Shown: positions 49,305 through 61,292 of the stretch, piece after piece
Layout: each line of letters starts with the position of its first letter
Position numbering within the stretch: the first letter of the stretch is position 1
Source: Fimbriosthenelais zetlandica
Taxonomy: Eukaryota
NCBI GenBank assembly: GCA_977030845.1
Contig: OZ365115.1
Span: 19,840,001 to 19,904,000, forward strand
Length of the DNA stretch: 64,000 bases
Reading direction: 5' to 3'
Made by a program: the position numbers and the translations under genes
The notes under the pieces: model-generated
Databases searched by the model: none
What the model was told of the DNA's origin: nothing
What the model saw: only the letters and a program-made list of their open reading frames with translations

Positions 49305-49516
49305 AGCCAGGAATACACTAACCCGATTCTCCATCCGGTGCCATCCGATAGCTGTCTGAAACTATATTTCTCTTCACACCAAATGCTTGTAATTTGAACA
49401 GACCTTTACACCCAGGTAAGGCTAACCAGTGACATTTTAATCTTTAGGTGTCATTAGAAATAAATAGGGTATCCGATGGCGACGGATTTGAGATTCGGAT
49501 TAGTGTATTCCAGGCT
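49305..49516 (+). mobile_element. MITE family B, copy B2
   Basis: TTAA|AGCCAGGAATACACTAACCCGA ... TCGGATTAGTGTATTCCAGGCT|TTAA, colinear with B1. Confidence 0.9.
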
Positions 49517-50005
49517 TTAAACAAAGGTGGAGATATGAACATGGTGTTAACTAGGCATTAGGAGGGTAAGGCTAAGGAGAACTCGGAGAAACTCCAGCTA
49601 CTGTATCTAGTCAGAAAGGAGTAGCCATTTAGAAGGATGAATACAGTGCCTCAATGCTATACTACTCACTATCACAGAGCCACATCAGGAACCAAGGCCA
49701 CTCCCTGACAATGATGTAAAGCCTATCAAGCTATAGCAAGACAGCAAAAAGCTCTCTTGAATAAAACTAAGGCAGTAGAGCTGCTTCTCTACTTGTACAT
49801 ACTTTATCATACTGGCTGAGGTTTATTTGTAAACAGTTATCAATCATTTGGAAATCCAGTATTAATGTATGTATACAGTGAAGAATATACATGTGTTTGG
49901 CGTTATAAACAAGTTTCATGCTTCCTCGCAGAAGGATCTTATAGAAGGAAACTATAGTCTTCCTGAAACTTCTGGAGGATTTGAATATATTTTCTTTATT
50001 ATAAT

Positions 50006-50261
50006 GCCCTGAACCCACTGCTTACGATCCTTTTTGAGTTCAGTCTACGTTCTTATTGCGAGGAAAAGTCTACGATTCGTTCACGATCTTATTGGACATG
50101 CTAAATATGAACTTAGAATGTTCTGTCTATGAAGAAGATCGCAGAGCACACGTGAACATGATCGTAGGAGTGTACCAACTCTACGATCATTCCACGAAAT
50201 ATTTGTTGAAATTGGATTGTAAAGCAGATTGTAGGGAGATCGTAGCTCAGTGGGTTCAGGC
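50006..50261. mobile_element. MITE family C, copy C3 with both ends
   Basis: GCCCTGAACCCACTGCTTACGATC ... GATCGTAGCTCAGTGGGTTCAGGC followed by TA, with repeated internal CTACGAT/ATCGTAG motifs. Confidence 0.8.
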
Positions 50262-50745
50262 TATTAGACTATAGGGTTCCATTGCACGATTCTCACAATG
50301 AAGCAGTAGCCAATTAAGTGATCAATCCAAGGTACAAAGAAACTCCTACATCTTTAACACTGACTCTGTTGTTGGAGGGATTCCACCAGTATTGGCCATG
50401 AGAAGGTCAGTCACATTGACCCAGCTCAAATGCAAACAGTGACTGAAAAAAGCTGGCAAACTTTCCAGACAGTTCACTTTATAGACAGGCTGTATGTGAC
50501 TTGTTTTTGATGCCATAGCATATGTCATATGTGAGAGATTTCTGCTATAGGCTATTGCCACTCTGTCCTGTCCAGACCTATACATGTGCTGATGACTAGG
50601 GGTTTAGAATACTACACTCAGAGCCAACTGGTCAGTTTCGTGGTAGTAGTAACTGCAAGATTAATCTATAAGAGTGCATTGTGAATCATATAAATCAGAC
50701 GCTGTTTGCCTACAATGTGTATTTAAAATCTCAAAGGTAGAACTA

Positions 50746-51024
50746 CAGGGTTCCCAGCAATTCATGAAAACAAAATTCCCTGAGTTTTCCCTGATTTTTC
50801 CCCGAGTAAGCTGTTAAATTCCACGAGATATTTAAGTCATATATGAAGCACCCTGAACTTCAATGGTGGGCATGGGATAGTACGCGTCAATCTCCGAAAG
50901 ACTATACTGAGTCAGCGTTGAAATTCCCTGATTTTTCCCCTTTTTAAATTCCATGAGTTTTCCCTGTCTGGAAAAAGTGAAACTCATTTTCCAGGTTTTC
51001 CCTGATTTCCAGAGTAGCAAGTTG
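50746..51024 (+). mobile_element. MITE family H, copy H3 (right TIR degraded)
   Basis: GAACTA|CAGGGTTCCCAG, interior colinear with H1 and H2; GAACTA recurs at 51025-30. Confidence 0.85.
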
Positions 51025-53720
51025 GAACTATCTATATGCTTTAATTTTTTTAACACTGACGGCAAGAGCGACAGGACCAGTATTCCCAAGGGTGCTGATA
51101 AGTGGCTGGTCCAGGCCAGGGCTGTTGGTAATCTAGTTAGACTTTACTAGGTTATGCTGTCTGTGTGTCTCTCCAACAGCTGGACATGCAAGCACCATAA
51201 AGTTGTCACCTGGCCGACCGATACTGGAAATGGAAGAGGTAGAGAGAAAGCAAAGACCGAGGGAGATTGAAATTGAAGTGCTGAATTAAGAGAAAAAAGG
51301 GACCCATAACAAAGGGCCAAGTATAAAGAGAAGCAATGGCGGGGGAAAAATGTAAATCAAAAATCCTTTGAAAGACGCCAACTAAACAGACATCTGGCCT
51401 TGAATCAGTACCAAGCTTGCAATTTAAGGTTATTTCAACTGAAAGGAAGTTAACAGTGGCTGCACAAACATCCGCTTATTGCAGTGACCCAAGTGGACGC
51501 ACTTTAGCGACCCACCTATCCCAGATTCCTGTATTATAATGGTCAGATTCCCCCTGGGCCCACAAATTCATTTATTTTACTATGTACATTTCTTTTCGTC
51601 CTGTTTGCTGGACACACACGCAAAACATATATTTATTTAAAAGTCATATATATGCACTCAAGCAGTAGATATATGTTGGGGGTATACAGACAGATAAATT
51701 TGCTCTCTGGGGACTCTCTCTGGGGCATTCAGCATTTTGATAGTTGATTCAAGCAGCACCAACTGTGGATCATTGAATGAAGGCATCCTCTCTCAGAGCT
51801 GAGTCACATAGTGGCTGGTCTCTGGCTGCTGCGCTTAAATAAACTAATGCATTATTGAATGTAGAACGGCAATTTTCAAGATTCCCACTTCGTTGAGGAG
51901 CCAGACATAACAAGATCTCAATAAACATCGTACTGCAGACTACCCCCAAGTACCTATTGTACTGCAAAAATCAATACCTATGAGTTGTTTTTTCAAGTCT
52001 TCAGTTATCTTTTTTGCACAGGCTTGGCGCCATTTGGGATGGGCAATCCTCAGGAAGAGAACAGTTTAAGCGGTCAGAAACAAGAGAAGGGGATTTTGGT
52101 GCAGGGCTTTCAAATTATGTCAACACACTGGGTCAGTCTCCATTATCACATGACTGGAGCGTGTGTTCTTGTGAGATGTGCAGAAATATGGCGTCTGTGC
52201 CATTGATCTGGTTGGTTCAATATTAGTGGAGGTGCTATAGGGTGGTGGAGCAAATGCCTGGTTCAAAGACACCTTCACACTCTATGCTGGCCCTATTCAT
52301 GTCAGCCATTCCATGACAGTTCAACAATAGCAGAGTTCCCATGCTTATCAAGCCAGTATACTCTCCCCACAACTCTACCTGTCAGGTAGATTCTCAAGGA
52401 AAATCTTAAATACAGAAATAATTAATTGACTTATGATACCTATGATATTTAAAGGCAATATAGATATGGCAATGTGGTTTAATGTTAGGTTTAGTGTTAT
52501 TTTGGTGAAATTATAACACAAAAATCTTGAATAAAAAAAAACATTTTGTTTCAAGACCAAAACAATAGGCCGAAGTCATATGTTAAGCATTGTTCCGTTT
52601 TCTGGCCCCTAGTTAGTGTTCTGCAGGTGAGGCTCACATCTATCTAAAGTGATTGAATTGCTCATGTCTATGCTCACGACTATTCATCCTTGCCCCTCCT
52701 CTTCTCTTTCTTCACATTTTCTTCTGAACAACCCCCTGGAGTAAATGTGAAGATTTTTAAAAAGGCCTGTTTGCTTATGCTCAACATTGCTAATGAAGCA
52801 CGTGTATCATAGAGGAGGTCCCAGACCTTACTTTCTGGCCATTAGTTACCGATCTGCTCGCATCTGCTCACGAGTGATTATAGCTGTTATGAACTGCTCA
52901 TGACTGCTCCTTCCTCTAAACCGCTTATTTTTCTTCCCATCACCTTCTTCTTTATCCCCGGGGGCGCGTATAAATAACCAGATAGGGGCCTGTTTCAACA
53001 CAAAATTTAAGCCAACCCTAACTTCATAAATTCAAGATGAACACTTTTTAAAATCCTAAACTTTTATAATGTTGAAACACGATCATGATATAAACTTGAT
53101 CCCCACACTCCTCACCACACAAACAATATAATTAAGTAGGCGAATATGTTAAACTTGTTAATGCGTTAGGATGACACCACATGTGCTTAGTTTAACCTTA
53201 GGACATAAGGCAAGCAGGCATCACATTGCGATTTAGCCACTTGAAACTTTTAACCCTTTCCCAACAGAAAATAACACCTGCAGTAACCATCCAGTATATC
53301 ATATCCTTACCCTCCTACAATTCCCATGACAACAGTCATCCTCATAATATACCCATTCGGGTGCCTTTCGATTTATTTTTTGGAATCTGAGGAATGCTCT
53401 TGAATCCATTCTAAACCCAAAGTTTCCATATTGAATTCATTGTGAACGGAGTTAAGAGTAAAAGAGAGCCAGACCTGTCTATACACCAGCAGCTATAGCC
53501 CATCATACTCTGCCTTGTTCACCTAGAAGGGGGTACTTGCTGGAAGTTCTCAGGTGGCAGACCCATCCTGCCATGTACATATTTCACCTTGATATCACGT
53601 GCCTGTTACTTGCTGGTCCTACCGCAAGCTGATACCAATTCCGGCCAGAAGTTGTCTTATCATTTTTCTACTTCATTTTTTTTTGCATTTTTGATTTATC
53701 TGTTTAATCAAGCCTTCATT

Positions 53721-54280
53721 AATTGTCCCAGTTTGACGAATTATTTCTCAAGATTTTGCAGCCAATGATACCAGATGATGTATGGACTATATATGAAAAA
53801 TTTCGATGAAATTATCACACATTTATACAGACCAATCTTGCTGGAAGCAACAGTACGTATAGGGTGTCGACTAGGCACAGCTCTAGAGGCGCAAAGGGTG
53901 AATTGTCCCCAGTTTTATGAATAATTTCTCGAGATTTTTCAGCCAATGATAGCATATGATATAGCTTAAATATGAACATTTTTGGATGAACTTATCACAC
54001 ATTTATACAGATCTATATCTTGCTGGAATACAAGCAGGAATACATAGGGTGTCAACTAGGCACAGGGGCGCAAAGGGTGAATTGTCCCCATGCAGTTTGA
54101 TGAATAATTTCTCAAGATTTTATTTCTCAAGATTTTATTTCTCAAGATTTTGCAGCCAATGATACCAGATGATGTATGGACTAAATATGACACACATTTA
54201 TACAGACCTATCTTGCTGGAATACAAGCACCCATACATATGTATAGGGTGTCAACTAGGCACAGGGGCGCAAAGGGTGAA
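53721..54280. repeat. Tandem array, ~180-bp unit x3
   Basis: Units start AATTGTCCC at 53721, 53901 and 54080 and end TAGGGTGTC.ACTAGGCACAG..GGCGCAAAGGGTGAA. The third unit carries ATTTCTCAAGATTTT x3 (54107-54151). Confidence 0.9.
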
Positions 54281-55809
54281 AGTGAGATAGCATATGCAGG
54301 TCCACAAGGCAGTGCAGGGACCCCCATACTTATACTTACCCCTCCCGAAATTCACACACACATTCACCCACTCCGAGACCACACCCTACTCACCCCACGT
54401 GCTCCAATCACTGACAGGCCTCATAAAAAGTGAAGTAACAAGAAGAAGAAGAGTTTGTTCCATTATCACATATCACAACACAGACTCTATCAGTGAAGTA
54501 GTTAACTTTCTACACTGGCATATCTCACAGTAAACATAGCGTGATAGGCTAGAGGTGTGTTTTTACAACTTTGCACTATTACACAATTATCCAACTCTTC
54601 CTCGGTTATCTCTTTTGTAATGGATATTATATGGACAAGCATTGACAGTTTGAATTTCCCTCAGGATTTATAGAAGTTGTCGAGGTTTAATGGGCAATTT
54701 CATAACTATCCTGGAATTCAGTATAAAAAGGATTGGACCATTTTCCTAGGAGTCATCATTAGAATCTACAGTATTGTGAAATTGCATCTCAAGGAATTCT
54801 GCCGAGTACGAATCAGTAAAAAGTGAAAATTTATGTTCACATTTCATTTGTTGGACTTGGAGATGGTGTGTGTCGAGTGAAAGCTTCAAGAAATCATCTA
54901 TATAATGGTGGGAAGTTCATGGAAGGAACTTAATGCGCAGAGTAGGATCTGGTTCTGATTCACGCCCAATTGAGATTTTTCTTTTGGAAAACAAGGAAAG
55001 ATACAAAGGAGCAGTAATGTGCTTCTATTGCTAGGTGGAATGACAAATCGTAACGAATAAGAAAGAAGAGTTTATCAATAAACAGAGAGGATATTACCCC
55101 TGAGAGGTAACTAATTATACTTCCTACGTGTTTCTCCTTGCATGATTGATACCCATAATGCTCAAAGCGATTTCATTCATGAATAATAGTAACATTGCAA
55201 AACGTGTTATTCCTCAATATTTCCCAAGTGCATAATGAATATCTCTTGCCCTTTGCACAACTTTCTTTTTGTAGAACAACTTATGGAATCTATCATTCTT
55301 TTTAGTATTTCTACAGTTGCAATTGGGAATTTCTTTGGTAAAATAATATTTTTTATTGCAGCAAATTATACTGTTTTGGACGTGGGGCCTGAATTATCAG
55401 AAGGCAAAGATCAAACTTGCTTGTAATATAAATTCGACTATAATCCTAGATCTATATGGCTGGGATCTGTATGACTGCAAAGAGCAACAACTCTGATATA
55501 CCACCAGTATTGGTGCTACTTTGCATGGGAGCTTAGACACCTCACCCTCTCAAAATGAGCTGTCTTGCAGTCAGGGAAACCCCCGAAAGAGTTGACCAGA
55601 GCATTGCTTTCCTAGAATTAAGGCAATGGCTGACGGATCCAAACAGATCAGAATATCAATTCGGTTGAGGAACCATCTATTCAGGATGATTACATCTCTG
55701 TACATTTAAAGTACATTGTAGGACAGGCGATTCAGCTGATTTAGTACGTTGAGGGACAGTCTATTAAAATCGGTATACTAAAAGCATATTGAATAATCTA
55801 TTGACCTGG

Positions 55810-56160
55810 TTAAATCTCTGTAAGTGAGTCTGTTCATCTGATTAAGAGTCTAAGTAACGGTTTGTTCCCATGATTAAATCTCTGTAAAGGTCGTCCTCCA
55901 CTGCTGCGATTTTACTTCATGCGTCACTACTGCGACAAAGGTTATGCTTGCGACACAATCAAATTTATCCATTGTGGTCGAAGTGTCCAAGGCAAGGCCG
56001 TCCTCAACTGGTACACTTTTCATTGCAACACAAGCATCACGTTTGGCGCAGTAGCATCCTGAGCAAATCGCAGCAGTGGATCACAGGCTTTAGTAACAGT
56101 CTATTCCCATGTTTCAATATTTGTAAGTAATAGTCTATTCCCTTGATTAAATCCATGTAA
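55810..56160. repeat. ~34-bp minisatellite (4-5 units) interrupted by MITE A4
   Basis: Units such as GTAACGGTTTGTTCCCATGATTAAATCTCTGTAA (55854-87), GTAACAGTCTATTCCCATGTTTCAATATTTGTAA (56093-126) and GTAATAGTCTATTCCCTTGATTAAATCCATGTAA (56127-60). Confidence 0.75.
55887..56090 (+). mobile_element. MITE family A, copy A4
   Basis: TA|AAGGTCGTCCTCCACTGCTGCGATTTT ... GCAAATCGCAGCAGTGGATCACAGGCTT|TA. Confidence 0.85.
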
Positions 56161-56903
56161 ATAACAACTGTGTACACATATTTTAGAGGCATCCAGACCC
56201 CAACCAATGAGAAACATGGAAGGAGAATTATATATGCTGACATTCCACCAGGAAAAATTATAAAAATAATATACGAGTCTTGTTGTTTCTCTAAACCTTT
56301 GATCTCGTTTACACAAACATCAAAACACAAGATAGAATTTCGCGAATATTCATTCACCGGAGCATCCTGCACGATGAGATGTTGTGAGGTATTGAAGCTA
56401 TTAATACTTTTTTTATGGTTTCTCACAATAATAATATTTTTCAGGCCATTTTATCGGTAAACTCTACCAGTTCAATCATCATCCTGGTGCTTTTTATGTA
56501 TTGCCATAATATTGTAGACTTATAATTCAAAAGTCATTTCTGGTCCTTTGGGAAAAAAATCTGATCTCTATAACAAATTGACTTGATCGTCTACGAGATG
56601 TTTTTACAGAGGGAATTTAAGTTTGTTTTCAAACATTGCGAAATCAAATATAAACATGAGAGTTTATATAAACATGGCACCGCATGACTCCCTACAGGCA
56701 GATCGCCACCTTCTCCATCCATCTTAGAGTCCTTTACCCTGCTATATAAACATCACAATGATATATATCCTCCACCTTCCACTATACTCTGCCAGAAAGG
56801 ACTTACCTGAATGGTGCTAACCTTTAGAACGTTTCCCAGAATGAAAAGAATGATTTAATGCAGATTACAGATATATTTAGCGATGCTTTTTTTTTGCAAA
56901 TAC

Positions 56904-57027
56904 AAATGTACCAGTGAAGGATGGCCTTAAGGTCTTGGACACAACATTTCATCAATTTTATTGCGACATAAGCATCACCTTTGTTGCGGTAGTGTCGCAA
57001 GCAAAATCGCAGCTCAGTGCAAGCTTA
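56904..57027 (-). mobile_element. MITE family A, partial copy A5 in reverse orientation
   Basis: TGTACCAGTGAAGGATGGCCTTAAGGTCTTGGACAC ... GCATCACCTTTGTTGCGGTAGTGTCGCAAGCAAAATCGCAGC is the reverse complement of the left half of A1/A3. Confidence 0.8.
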
Positions 57028-58230
57028 AAGGTGGCATGAGTGTGAAAAAACACCATATATAATATGCGGCATGTACCTCGCAAAAATATTTCAGACTAGA
57101 TTAAAAAGAGAATAATTTTTATATCAGATTAGGTTTCACAATATTATTATCACTTTGTCATACGAAATGGGTGCTGAATGCTCCACATTGACTATGGATA
57201 AATATTCTCAATCCCCCTATGTCTGGGATGGAATCATTTATAATTGTGTTTCCCCAGCCTCAATAGGTCCCAGAGCACTGAGGTAGAACCCATATTAGAG
57301 GAGGAAATAGCATGCCCGACTATACTCTAGCCCAGTCATACCCATTTCCCATAAGGGACATAGAGTTATCTCTATGCCATATTTACCTATGTTGAGTCAC
57401 CATGTGACGTTACAAAGTTCAATTATGGCATGTGCAAAATAGCAGCCAACAGTCAATAATCTAACATCCTCCATTATCCAGAGCATCTCAGCATATTATT
57501 CTTTGGATAAAATAATATTAATTTCTCAGAAATATAATCAGTGTTCAATATGTAGAAGTGATTAACACCCCACTTTCTTCACAACCATTGTCTGTACTTT
57601 GTTATTCATTTAGGCTCACTACTATTTTTCCATGTGCATTCAGATTTCCCCTATCAATTCCTTAAATCTTCTTTCGTTCTTTAATTCCTTGTCACACCTT
57701 TCTCTTCCTCTATAAAGTCTATTCAAGTCAGTGAGAAATGGACTGTAGCCATGTGTGTATAAGATCAAAATTCGTATAGAGACCAAAGATTGGATAAAAG
57801 AGGAGCTTCCCAATTGAACTGCTGAACGGTAGGAGCAGCAATTACTGCCTATCTATATAGACATGGTCAGCCAACCATGGAGTGGAAACCCTTTTTTTAA
57901 TTAAAGGAGGTTAACAAGTGAAAAGAAACCTGTTAGTCCGAAGACCACCGGAGCTCGAATAACGCTAGCGATGGGCAAATGTCAACATTAAATAATATGG
58001 GCGGATGCGGGTGGGGGATGGCGTGGGGAGTGGGGTGGTCCGATCGAACCCCCGTTTTTCGGGAAGAAAAAGAGGAAGAAATAAAAGATCTGGAAAAAAT
58101 ATGGCCAAACAAAGTCCGTGGGACAGTTTGAATCTACATATATGTAAGTTTCAGTACTGAACTATATGGGATTTCTTTCTTCATTTCGTCGTCTAGGTGG
58201 GTAGGGGTACATTGCTCCCAATCCAACTCA

Positions 58231-59556
58231 AACTAGAGATCATGTTACCAATAAACATGAAGAATCCCATTTCCCCAGCCAGACTAAGGTTTAAAAATCC
58301 ATAGTCTTTTCATGTACTTCAATTTGTTTAATTCATTCTAAGCTCTAACTTTAAAAATAAACTTGCTGGATTGAATAAACTGAAAATATTGGATTAATTA
58401 GTTTTTACATCATTATGATGTCATTTACGTCACACGGGTCTTCACTAAAAACTATTTTTCACATACACCCCACCCAAGGGATTCTTATTAACCAAGTGTA
58501 ATCACTCTTGGTCATTTTTTTATCTGGGAGGAAACAGCATTTAAGTGATTTCATACCCCTCACCTAATTTCAGGTAACTAATTAGGTCAAAGGTCAAATA
58601 TTCAAGTATATTCAAATATACTTCAATTCGTCTAATTCATTCTAAGCTCTAACTTTATAAACAAACTTGCTGGATTGAATAAACTGAAAATATTGGGTTA
58701 ATTAGTTTTTTCATCAATTATTAAAAAAATCATAACAAATCAACTTATGAGTGGAATACATTATGCAATATATGTATTAAAAGGTCTTTTTATGTACTTC
58801 AATTCGTCTAATTCATTCTAAGCTCTAACTTTAAAAATAAACTTGCTGGATTCAATAAACTGAAAATATTGGGTTAATTAGTTTTTTCATCAATTATTAA
58901 AAAAATCATAACAAATCAACTTATGAGTGGAATACATTATGCAATATATGTATTAAAAGGTCTTTTTATGTACTTCAATTTATCTAATTCATACTAAGGT
59001 CTAACTTTAAAAATAAACTTGCTGGATTGAATAAACTGAAAATATTGGGTTAATTAATTTTTACATCATTATGACATCATTTACGTCACATGGGTATTCG
59101 CCAAAAACTAATATCAAATTCCCCCCACCCTAGGCATTCTTATTAACCAAGTGTAATCACTCTCTATCATTTTTAATCTGGGCGGAAATAGCATTGAAGT
59201 GATTTCATACTTTTGACCTAATTTCAGGTAACTAATTAGGTCAAAGGTCAAATATGTAGGTCAACTCATAGTCCATCAAAAATGTTTACACTACATATCA
59301 TTCATCTTATTCTAGGTCCTCTTGGGTCCAGAAAAATTACAATCAAATTTTACCAATTGGCTAGTTGTTGTGATATTGTGACGTCACTGTGACGTCATGT
59401 GATGACGTATGACATCCATTCATCACATATATGACCACTCCTTACTATGGTCTACAATATGTGTGAAAACCAGATTCCTACCTCTGATATAAACCTGTTT
59501 TTCGAAATTTGTCTAACTACAACATTAATAAAAAAAAAAAAAAAAAAAAAAATAAT
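58231..59556 (+). mobile_element. Satellite-bearing non-autonomous element, Helentron/HINE-like by architecture
   Basis: Starts AACTAGAG. Four units begin TACTTCAATT at 58315, 58619, 58795 and 58971 (periods 304, 176, 176). A TGACGTCA-rich tail follows and it ends in an A-rich run at 59526-59556. The array is directly visible; the class assignment is inference. Confidence 0.6.
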
Positions 59557-59584
59557 AGTGTAGAACAACTCGGCCAATTTCTAG

Positions 59585-59656
59585 AATCCCATTTTCCCCA
59601 TAAAGGGGAAATGGGATTAATTCGAACCCCCTTTTCCATTGCTGGATCGGCCCCTG
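59585..59656. mobile_element. Right end of a GGGGC(C/G)GATCC-type Harbinger-like MITE with internal hairpin
   Basis: Terminus CTGGATCGGCCCCTG (59642-56); hairpin AATCCCATTTTCCCC-ATAAA-GGGGAAATGGGATT (59585-618); CGAACCCCC motif also present near 58055. Confidence 0.5.
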
Positions 59657-61081
59657 AAATACACACTTAATGAAGGGGTGTATACATTCCAAATGAGTGC
59701 ATCTGGACATTGATATTGACGCTCTCCTCTAGGGGGCAGCACGCTGGCAGTGTGAGCGTGACCATGGTAACCATTAGCAGTACATGAGACAGGATTTATA
59801 CACTAGGGCAGGCTGATTTCCAACCGGGGTCCTCAAGGTGGTTTATGCCATACATAAAAAATATGCTAAACATTATTAGATAAGCAAACGAAGGCTTTTA
59901 GGTTTAAGAAAATAATATTATAGTCAGACAGACGAATCTGAGGACTTGATGTCTTGGACTTTAATGCATGGATTTGTTTGTTTTTTTTGTATTTTTTTTT
60001 TTTACATTTTATTCAACATCTGATATATTGATAAACAGTTCTTCCAGTTGAACATGTGGTAAATTAAGATGACATGTAATGTAAATGGATAAAAATGATT
60101 TAATTGTTAGTTTTTAGCACTAAAATGCAGTAGTATAATTTTATCTCATTTTATATTTTTTTCTTCAGTTATGCACAACATTATTTTTGTCAATATTATG
60201 CACAACATATGTATGGAAAGGATATATAACTAACTGAAGGGTGAAAACTTTGTTGGATGATCTCCTTGGGCAGTGTCCAATTTTAGTTCAATGCAAGATG
60301 AACTAGGTGCCCTCACGAACACCAATTGAATTGCAAATATATGGACACAATACTTCTCTCGTCCAATAAATAAGATCATGCACGCATTAAAGGTTCATCA
60401 TGAATATATTATGATAGAGAGGAGGCGAGGCTTGTATCTGTAAATAACCATGATGGGTACACCAATATAGGTATATGGGTGTAGGCCTGATGCACTAGAA
60501 AACGCACCAAGCCCTCATAATTTCTCTCATCATCAGATGAACTGCTTACACTGCCATATCGACTGCCTATTCTACTCATTGCATGACTGCAACAAGTAGT
60601 GGATCAGTCACAAAAAGCCAGGCCATTGCTAAATCACCGCTCATCAATGATTTTTCACCAATGAGCCATGAATAACATGCTTTATGCTTTAATCCATTTT
60701 CTATGGGCTTTTTACTGAATTTTCACCTGCCAGGCAACAGCTAGTGTGTAACAGGTTAAGAGGTATAGGTGGCTGGCAGTGGGAGGTAGGGGGTTAGACG
60801 GAGAGTGTCAGCATAGAGGGAAGGAATGAAAGTTGAGGATTGTGTCAACAAGTCTCTTGGTTAAAAGACATGCCATTACACTGTGGAAAGGCATTATTGA
60901 TATTTACAAGATGGAGTTAGCTTCTTATGATGACCTAAAGGTAAGTGTCATCAAATTTATTTCATGCATGCTCGTCACAGAATAGAAAATGCTAAGGTCA
61001 TCATTTAAAACAAACTGTAGGATATCTACCTAAGACTCCAATATCAGGAGCTTGGTTGCGTTCTTTCTTCAACTGTCTGTA

Positions 61082-61292
61082 AAGCCAGTACTCAACTGCT
61101 GCGATTTTATTTGCGACACTACCAATATATACAAGACAACAGTCATGTTTGTATTGCGATAAAATTTACAAGTTGTAGTTGAGGTGCCCAAGGGTTTGCG
61201 GCCATCCTGACGTGGAAATTTGTTCATTGCGACACAAGCATCACCATTGTCGCAGTTGTGTTGCAAGCCAAATCGCAGTGGAGTCCAGGCTT
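61082..61292 (-). mobile_element. MITE family A, copy A6
   Basis: TA|AAGCCAGTACTCAACTGCTGCGATTTT ... GCAAGCCAAATCGCAGTGGAGTCCAGGCTT|TA. The interior appears reversed relative to A1. Confidence 0.85.

Noticed and set aside
53721-59255. Regularly spaced repeats considered as CRISPR-like arrays
   Set aside because: The units are contiguous 34-304 bp tandem repeats without unique spacers, no cas genes are present and the context is eukaryotic.
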